This document shows positions 51,109 through 64,000 of a stretch of 64,000 bases of DNA, piece by piece. Every line of letters starts with the position of its first letter. The first letter of the stretch is position 1. The notes under the pieces are model-generated. The model saw nothing but the letters and a program-made list of their open reading frames with translations, made no database searches and had not been told where the DNA came from. Source of the stretch: the human T2T-CHM13v2.0 reference genome, Homo sapiens. The position numbers were made by a program, and so were the translations under genes. The stretch lies in NCBI RefSeq assembly GCF_009914755.1, contig NC_060938.1, one strand, 5' to 3'.

Positions 51109-52241
51109 AAGATAAGCCTTCCAGATTGAAAAGGCAAGTAATATTTTTTTATTACAAAACAAAAAAGCACAGGTCTGTGGAGAGAAGACCAAGCTGAAAA
51201 TATAGGCACAAATCATGAGCTGCTAAAGAGAACAGAGCAACTGAAGTTCCAGACACAAATTCACCTGCTTGGTTCCCGCTCAGGAAAAGGCAGGAGGGAC
51301 AAGGAGACAGGTGCAGTAGGAGATGCGCCTCTCCTGCCCATGGACTCTTGTTTCCCCTCTAGCTGTACAGAAGCTAACAGCCTACAAATTTTTATTAAAA
51401 ATTCCTTCTTTCTCAAGTTAATTTCCAGGCAACAAGGGCTACACAATTTAAGGTCGCTGGGGTTTTTATTTTTACAACAGAAATGATTTAGTTCCTGAGT
51501 TACTGGAAGCAAACACCCTAATACCTGAGAAAATGTCAAAGTTCATAAAGTCCAATGACCCTATGTTTGTGACATTCTTCACCATGCCGGCCCCCATGCA
51601 AACAGCCAGATTCAGAAGAGGCAGGAGAGCTTCACAACTGAGAACCATAAACAAGTATCATTAATTCCTCTTTATGTGCATTTCTCCACGGACTTGGAGC
51701 ACATTTCTCATGCAGTTCTCACTTGCTACCTGCCAAGGAATGTGTTTTCAATACACAAAACCCAGAAGGCTCAGCATGAAAACAAACACAATATTAGAGT
51801 TCTCCAAACACTAATTTAAGAGTCAGAACAAGTCTTTGTAGAATCTGTCAAAAGAGGAGCATCCCTGAGAATCAACTAGAAGAGATTAAAAACAGAAAAG
51901 GTATCACAACTAAAATAGAGTTCATAGTCCCCCTGGGGGTAGCAGGCACAGCAAAGAGGCCTTTTTGTTCCTTATGGAGGGCACAGGGAACAACACTGAC
52001 TCACAAACCCACATGCATACACTATACACATGTGTGAACACACCCATCAGTCTCAGATCTCCTCATCCCTTCCCAGCTGTCTGATCTGAAGACCTTTAGG
52101 CTGAAGGCCGACCATCCCCTAGGTTGACCCCAAATGAGCACTTTAGCAGGAGTCTTATAGCCACATGCAAATGTTGCTGCGATAGTGGACTATCCAGCCT
52201 CACTGTGGTGCGTGGCATGAGGCCCAGGGTGCCTAGGTCTT

Positions 52242-52502
52242 TGTATTAGTTATCCATTGCAGCACAGCAAATTACCCCAAAACTTGTTCACCTGAAACAA
52301 CAAGCATTTCTTATTTCAAAGAGTTTTTGAGGGTCAGAAATCCAACTAGGTCTTTCATGAGGCTGCAGTTGCCTGAGCATCATTTCCACAGTATCCTGTT
52401 GGTTCACAGAGGTCAGCCCTATTCAGTGTGGAAGGGAACTACCCAAAGGCATGAGTCAGGAGGCCATATCATTTGGGGCCCTCTTGGACAGTGGCTCCCA
52501 CA
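52242..52502 (-). mobile_element. MLT1 solo LTR, internally deleted
   Basis: TGTATTAGTTATCCATTGC...AAATTACCCCAAAACTT start; TGGCTCCCACA end. Confidence 0.75.
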
Positions 52503-52999
52503 GCTTTACAACTGCACTTCACCTGGTTCCTAGGGCACCGCAAGTCCTGGTGGGTTCCTTGGCCTGCATCCTAGTTCTTCTGCTTGGTAGGCCTCAAACA
52601 GCCAGCTGAACAGTGATCACTTGTGACTTTAAGTACTTCTATTGTGTTTGAAACTGAGATGATATTAAGAATGTATTTTAGAATTTAAAATATTTTCAAA
52701 ATAAAACGCTGCCAACTTGGGCAAATTACCCAAATTGTTTTGGTCTTGTTGTCATTTGTTTGTTTATTGTTATTATGAAATTTAAGACTATAATTTTCTG
52801 GATTTTTTGCCAGCTGAAAGAAGATCTGGGGTTCATATGCCATTAGTCAGTTGCTAGATTTCTCCATTTTAATTGAATAACTACTTGGTAACCACAAGTG
52901 CAGTTATCTTTGCATGGATATATTTTAATGATATGGTTACTATTTCTGAATCTCACCAACCTGTAATTATCAAGAAGTCATATTTCCTTAAATACTCAA

Positions 53000-53557
53000 G
53001 AGTATTGGTTGGCTACAAATAATAGAAGATCCCATGAAAAGTGGCTTAAATAGTAAGATTTTACCTTCTCATTGCCCATGAAGTTCCACATCTGCGTATT
53101 CAGCAGCTCTATGACACTATCAAGGGCTAAGGTCATTTCCACATTCTGTTCTGTCACCCTCAGCACACTGGAAACTCCTTCTCATGGTTGCAAGATGGAT
53201 TATATCAGCTTTTTGGCTTCATAGCATCTCACAGCCACACCCAAAAGCAGAAAGAGAACAACTTTCTCGTTGGCTTCTCATATTTAAGAACAAAGAAACC
53301 TTTCCCATAAATGATGGAGAAAATTTCCATTTGTTTCTCACTGACTAGAATCGTATTGCATGCCCATTTTTTCTTTTTATTAGGAAGGGGAATGGAATTG
53401 CCATGATGGGCTTAGACAAATCAAAATGCACCTTTCATCCTGGGGCTGACGAGGTGCCCAACCTCCCTTGAATATGGTCACTCAATATCTGAACTAATTA
53501 AGGCACCACTAATAAGGAAAAAGAGGGTCTTTGCTATTGAATAGGTCATCAATAATA
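53000..53557 (-). mobile_element. Old MLT1 (J/K-like) LTR
   Basis: AGTGGCTTAAATA...CTCATGGTTGCAAGATGG...GGGCTTAGACAAATCA. Confidence 0.6.
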
Positions 53558-54211
53558 CTGAGTCAATAGTTTGAGCCCTCATCAGTATACTGCCAGACAT
53601 TGACCTCTTCTTCTTAACCCTCAATGTTACCCAGATATTTCTGAGAGGTCCCCCAGGAAACTGTCTCATGTATGCTCAAGAAGAAGTAATGACAAGATCA
53701 CTTCTCTGCAAAAGAAGTACCATTGGGCCCTCCTGCTCTCCCCAGAATTCACAGCTAACCTCCACATGAAATAGCAGAGGAAGTTTCACCTTAGTCTAAG
53801 GCATGCTTCTTAAGTCTTCTTTTTCTATCTCAGAGTTGCCCTCTTACCAGGACGATTGACAGTGAGAATATCCACTCCCTTCAAGGGAAATCCTACTTGT
53901 ATCTGCCCACCTGCCATGGAGTTTAGTCCTGTGGCTCTCATGAGACAATCACATCAGAAAATAATAACTGAATATCAGTAAAGTCAGGTTTTTCAGCCTG
54001 GAATAGCATCATGTGCACACACATCAACAGTGCAGCCAATACAACTTATACCAAGCCAAGTCCAAGGCATTTTCAAAGTTTCATCGCAAGTGTGATGTGA
54101 AGTTCAGGCCTGCCTATCTTTCCTGGCATTTTGTGATCTCCGGTTCTGATGTTTTTGAACAACTGTTTAAGTAAGAGCACACACATAAGAGTAAGCAATA
54201 GTAAAAGGTAA

Positions 54212-54420
54212 GAGTAACAAACTTTTCTCTGTAAAGGGCCACATAGTAAGTAGTCTAGGTTTCGAGTCTCTCTCTAACAACTACTTGCTATTGCAGTAGG
54301 AAGGTAGCCATGGACAATGTGCAAATAAATGAACATAGCTGTGTTCCAAAAAAACTTTATTTACAAAACAGGCAGTGGGCCAGATTTGTACCACAGGACA
54401 TAGTTTGCCAACTGCTAATA
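54212..54420. mobile_element. MER58A-like DNA transposon
   Basis: CAAACTTTTCTCTGTAAAGGGCCA...TGTGTTCCAAAAAAACTTTATTTACAAAACAGGC...TAGTTTGCCAAC. Confidence 0.8.
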
Positions 54421-55653
54421 TAAAGACCGGCGCAGCCCAAATCTAAGGAAAGAAAAGCTTTCTCATGAAGAAAACAGAGATATCTAGAAATCTTTACTTG
54501 CTAAAATATACACATTGTTTACATTAGTTATATTTAAACATTTACTTTCAGGAAAACCTTGAGTTCACGGTTTTTCCCCCCAACAATGGCTAGGTACTCA
54601 AAATTTTGTTTCCAGAATAAGAGTTCTAAAGCTAAGTTCAAGCTTTCACCTCTTAGGAGGCAGATACTGTTTTAAATTTTAAGTAATAATTTTTCCAGCT
54701 TCTGGGAAAAAAATCTATAACGTTTAGGGAAAAAATTAAATTTCAAGTTTCATCCAAAACATCATATCACATCTTCAGCTCACTCTCAGAAAGAATGCAG
54801 TGTCCTCTAGAGTAACTGGCAGACTCAAAATCCCAATGCCGACTTCCACCAAACATCTGATTCTATTACACACATTGTAAAATGAAGCCACGACAATTCC
54901 CAACTGTCCAATTTGTCAAGAGACAAAGCTGTGTCACCTCCAACCTCCAGACATTCCAGAACCACCTTCTACCACTCCACATACTACAAACACATATTTT
55001 ACCAGAGAATTGATTCCCAAACTGAACAGATTTCTAAACGGCTGGTTTTACTACATGATTTTACTTGAAAGGCACAGATGCTCTTCTCAGCACCTCCCTG
55101 GAGAAAACAGTAACTCATCCTCTGCCACCATCACCACTCTAGCAGGAGGATTAAGTCCAGGAAATTTTAATCTCCTTTAAAATAATGCCCATTGATTGTA
55201 CGTAGTAAACACTTACTGTCCTGATCCACTCTCATGTGTACTTACTGAAATTTATTTACTCTCTCCCATCATCAATCACGGATGCCCTGCTCAGAAAGGC
55301 ACTCATACAGTCTTGGCGAGCTTGCAGTGCTTGGAGGAGCCCTGACTTTACCCTCAGGTCCAGGACATCTTCAGGTATATTCTCCCAGGTGGGCAGCAGG
55401 TATCAAACATACCAAAACATGAAGACAAGATATGAACGAGCAAAGAGGAGGAACTGGCTATGGCTAAAACCCAAGACAATGGGTGAGTGGGAAGTTGTTA
55501 TTTTTTTACATTTAGGTCACTGAACTATGTAAAATAAAAAGATTATTGAATTTACTAAATGCCCTATATTGTTATAAGAACAAGGCAAATCATAGCTTTC
55601 AGCCCCAACCAATTTCCTCATGAACACCCTCTAAAAAGCAGTGTGATCACTAC

Positions 55654-55882
55654 TGTCTTAGTCTGTTTTCTGCTGCTATAACAGAATACCACGCACTGGG
55701 TAAATTATAAGTAACAGATGTTTACTCAGCTCATGATTCTGAAGGCTCAGAAATCTAAAATCAAAGGGCCAATCTGGTGAGGGCCTTCTTGTGTATCATA
55801 ACATGGCAGAAGAGCAAGCAAGCACACACAAGACAGACAGGAAAAGGAGGCCAAACTCCCTCACTAACCAACCCACTCCCAG
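55654..55882 (-). mobile_element. MST/MLT1A-type MaLR LTR, partial
   Basis: TGTCTTAGTCTGTTTTCTGCTGCTATAACAGAATACCAC...ATCTGGTGAGGGCCTTCTTG. Confidence 0.8.
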
Positions 55883-55999
55883 ATCCAGGGTTTGGAACTG
55901 GGGATAAGTTGAGTCAGAGAAGTCTGGGTCTGGGAAAACAAGTGGATGATGAGGTTTGAACAAAGACTGTGGGAGGTAATGAACCTTGTAATCACAGTC

Positions 56000-56225
56000 A
56001 GAGGCTGGAACTAGATGACCTGTGTTTCAATTCCTGTCCTGTCCTTGAACTGTGACCACAGACAAGTTCTTCGATATCTTTAAACTACATTTCTTTGTCT
56101 ATAAAATGATACTGGTAATTGTAGCTACAACCTCAGGGAGTAGTTGTAAGACTTAAATGAGGTAATCCGTGTAAACCGTGTTTGAAGGTTTCCAAATAGG
56201 TTGATTGTAAATGTTCAATAAATTC
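56000..56225 (+). mobile_element. MIR fragment
   Basis: CTGTGACCACAGACAAGTT...TCTATAAAATG...GTTGTAAGACTTAAATGAG. Confidence 0.7.
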
Positions 56226-57302
56226 CTAGCATGGGAATAAAATCGGGACTTGGGCCCTTATAGAACTAAACAGGACTTAAAGGACTGACATGCAAAGACC
56301 TAGATACAAAGCTTGGCCTGAGGCTGGATAATCACTCCCCAGGGGGAAAATGAAGCTGAGATACAAATACTATTGGGCAGAGGTGAAAGAAAGATCTGTG
56401 ACACAGATTATCGGCCCACCCCAGAACAAGGCATCTCCAGGTGCTATGGACATTCACAGCACTGGGTGGTGGGCATTTCGGAGATAAGGCACCAGAATAG
56501 TCAGGGTTCAGGGTAAGGCACCCAGCTACTGGAAAACTGAGGTAGAAGACAAGGATCCAGTTGTGCCACCAACATCACAGGGTTGCCAGAAAGAGTGAAG
56601 GTACCAAGTTAGGGGGCTGCTGATGTAGGATTGGGCCCAGATTCAGGTGCCGGGCTAAGCATATAGACACTGGTGAAGGAATCCAGCTGTAACAGTCAGA
56701 GACAGAGCACAGAGAGTGAAGAAATCAGGGTACCTAGAGGGTGAAGGGATTGGGGGTATCTAAAGGTCTCTGCCCACTTTTGGCCATAAACAACACCTCT
56801 ACCTAGCAAGCAATATGAAAGAGGCCACAAAACTCGAACCTCCTTCCTCTAGGATCAGAGTTGAGGTCTGCCCTCTGATATCCCTCTTCCTCTCTCTGGT
56901 TATCCAGCATTTGGCCTCCACTGCCCAGATCTCTAGGCTTTGCCTCAGCTGATCATCCTGGAATTGACTCCTCATGAGTCTAGACCTGAAGACTTTTCTT
57001 CTTAGCTGCAGTGACAGTCCCTTGCCTCTCGACTTGTACTGTCCCTTGGTCCCCACAATGAGAAGATCAAACTCCACTGAAGCTTGTGCCCCAAACACAC
57101 TGCTGTGACAGGTGTCAACTGATAATTATTCCAACTCCACAAGTCTTTTTTTTTAAAAAAAAAAAAAAAAAAGCAATGTTCTAATGACACTCATAAAAAT
57201 ATTTTTTCTACTCTCATTGTTTTCATGTTGCCCAAATAAAGATAGCTTTGTTTTGTTTGCCAATTCCAATTGCTTAGCAATGGCTGCCTGGGATGTATGC
57301 AT

Positions 57303-61440
<4,138 letters not shown>

Positions 61441-62305
61441 CATGTTCACCCTAAAGAGTGATGAGGATCTCATTAATTGCTTCCAGTTACAGTCACCCAG
61501 TCACCAAAAAGGATCCAGTGAGTGTGTCATTGAACAGTGGATTGGTTACCATTCACAGCAGGAAAGAGGAAATAAATGGACAAAATCCACAGCAGGTTAC
61601 ATATAGGAGAAATTGTCAGAAGAGCTCTCTTCCAAGGTTTCTGGAAGTATTGAATGTATTTCTACTGAAACTGAGAATGAGGCAATAGACTGCCTTTCCA
61701 TATGGCTTAAGGACAAGCTTAGCCATCACTTTCACCTGAGATTTCAAATATTCTTCCAGAGAGAGATTTACTGCACTACGTAGAGATACCAATAATTTCC
61801 CATCGAACATACACCTTCCTTGGAAGTCCTATTCACATCCCTGAAAGGACAGTCCTGTGTACCCCTCTCCTCCACCACACCTGAGTGGACCATAAATAGA
61901 CCTAACTCAAACTGAACACTGAGATTCTCTCTCCCAGGAAACTTCAAATAGGACACTGAGAAACACAATTAAATGGTGAGGATTCCTTGAACTGAAAGGT
62001 TAAATAGGGTCACAGCAGGAGTTTGTAGCATGACCAGACAAAGAAAGTTCACGAGACAGACAAATAATACCAATATAAGACAGTAGCTGAAGACAGCAGA
62101 TGTGTAGAAAGAGCAGAAATAAGGGACACCATAGCCTCGTGCCACAAGAGACTGAGGAGATGGTTTCAGGTACTGACTTACCAGATGACCTGATACATGT
62201 TCCTTACTGCCCTGTGTCCTGTCTGTAAGTTCATATTGTACTTGAGCTAGTATGTGTGAGCTTCTATTCTTTGTCATTAAATGATCCCTAAAATATTCAC
62301 TAAGT

Positions 62306-62763
62306 ATAATAGTCAGGAATCAACAGGAAAAGATGGTCCATTCAAACATAGTAACAGAGGAAAGCTTAATAATGGGATTATTTACAAAGAAGGGCAGAGC
62401 GTAAGGAAACCAACCAAGAATAATGGGGCACCTCAGGTCTAGCAAGAGCGGGGAGCTGATACCACCCTAGAGCTGAAAGGGCAAGGGACAGGAGCATCTG
62501 TCTGAGTCTGGAGAGAGCAGGGACTTTTCGACAGGAGTTGTGGTCATAGGTAGATGGACACAGCCAACTCACAGCAACACAGCAGGAAGGGAACTGGCAG
62601 AATCGATATCCTGACCTTCCACTCTGCCTGTCCTCCTGTACCTGTAGATGCCTCTTTTGTCAAACCTACTAGATGACAGAGGGCAAGGTAGCCACTGATA
62701 CAGCCCATGAGTGGGTGAGAATGGAGAGTGGACTGGAGAGGCAAATGGAAATCATCTAGCACA
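62306..62763 (-). mobile_element. ERVL solo LTR, LTR33-like
   Basis: Reverse complement begins TGTGCTAGATGATTTCCATTTGCCTCTCCAGTCCACTCTCC, resembling the recalled LTR33 start. Confidence 0.65.
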
Positions 62764-62816
62764 CAAAGTAACTTCTGTGCACATTTGCAGGAAAAAACTG
62801 GCTCTCTTCTCCTTGA

Positions 62817-63121
<305 letters not shown>

Positions 63122-63294
63122 GACAACCTCTTTTTGGCCCATCTACTAAACTAGAGGTGGAGAGAGCACAACTAAAATTCAAACTTACCCCAGTCAAATC
63201 CAGCTTGCTTTACAGATGATTACATTTAATTACATTTAAAATTTATAAGCATCAATTTTTTAATCATAGATTCAAGTTAGACATGGACTTTCTT

Positions 63295-63464
63295 TTTTTC
63301 TTTTTTTTTGTTTTTTGTTTTGAGACTGAGTGTCGCTCTATCGCCCTGGCTGGATGTGTGTGTAGTGGCACGGCCAGGATAGTCTCGAACTCCTGACCTC
63401 GTGATCCGCCTGCCTCAGCCTCCCAAAGTGCTGGGATTACAGGCGTGAGCCACCGCGCCCAGCC
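63295..63464 (-). mobile_element. Internally deleted Alu (Sc/Sg/Y-like)
   Basis: Junction GTGGCAC|GGCCAGGA; GACCTCGTGATCC; 16-bp TSD with 2 mismatches at 63279-63294 and 63465-63480. Confidence 0.9.
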
Positions 63465-64000
63465 AGATACGGACTTTCTTTAGAGTTTAGAACTAGAAGT
63501 TCTAGGTTGTCTACTTAGAAACACATACAGATACAAACATATGGAAAGCATATTTCATTTTCCTTCAGAATTTCCAAAGCAAGGGTCTTTCCTTATACTT
63601 CCTTTCCAGCTGCCCCAGAGCACCTTCTGCAGTGATTCTCAGTGTATGGGAGAAATGGTAAAATATCAGTGAAGGAGAAAACGCACACTCACAGACGCCA
63701 CATAAATTAGAAGTTTTCTTTTGGAAGAGAAGCTCAGAAATGTTCTAACTTAAGAATATTATATTTCCTTCCAACTTACCAACTTTCCTAATAAGAGCAT
63801 GTCTAATCTCAAGTTATGATAGAAACTTTGCACAAGAAGGTTAGATGTTCCAGAACCACTCCTGTGGCTCCAGCGTGTCTTCATCTCCATGGCAGAACCT
63901 TCTCAGGGCAGGCATTGGAAGTACCAGCAAGCTTGACTGCATATCACCACCGTCTGTTTTTTGATGAGCAGATAAGATTGGTGATAGGGCCTTTCATTTT

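Overview
Primate (hominoid, most likely human) non-coding DNA dominated by retroelements. I find no host protein-coding gene, RNA gene or CRISPR array. The window holds two full-length + strand LINE-1s: L1-A (3639-10436, L1PA7-like, interrupted by an AluY) and L1-B (14368-20657, L1PA3-like, retaining the ~129-bp ZNF93-bound segment). It also holds three 5'-truncated younger L1s (L1-E 27619-27880 -, L1-C 49561-51108 +, L1-D 57303-59751 -), nine Alu insertions, and many ancient L1M, L2, MIR, MaLR/ERVL LTR and hAT fragments. All L1 coding regions are disrupted or truncated. I see no new gene system. The most unusual signal is that four L1 copies of different ages share short tracts of non-consensus or wrong-subfamily bases with each other, including a 144-bp identical tract over the RT active site (FADD->FVDD). 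This suggests local ectopic gene conversion, though assembly cross-contamination must be excluded. Other notable items: two L1 3' transductions, an extended 170-codon ORF0, a tail-less Alu fused to an L1, a recombinant monomeric Alu, a displaced ~100-bp local duplication, and an HNF1/GATA/CDX motif cluster. Subfamily names and consensus bases come from recalled diagnostics, not from a database run, and boundaries of ancient repeats are approximate.
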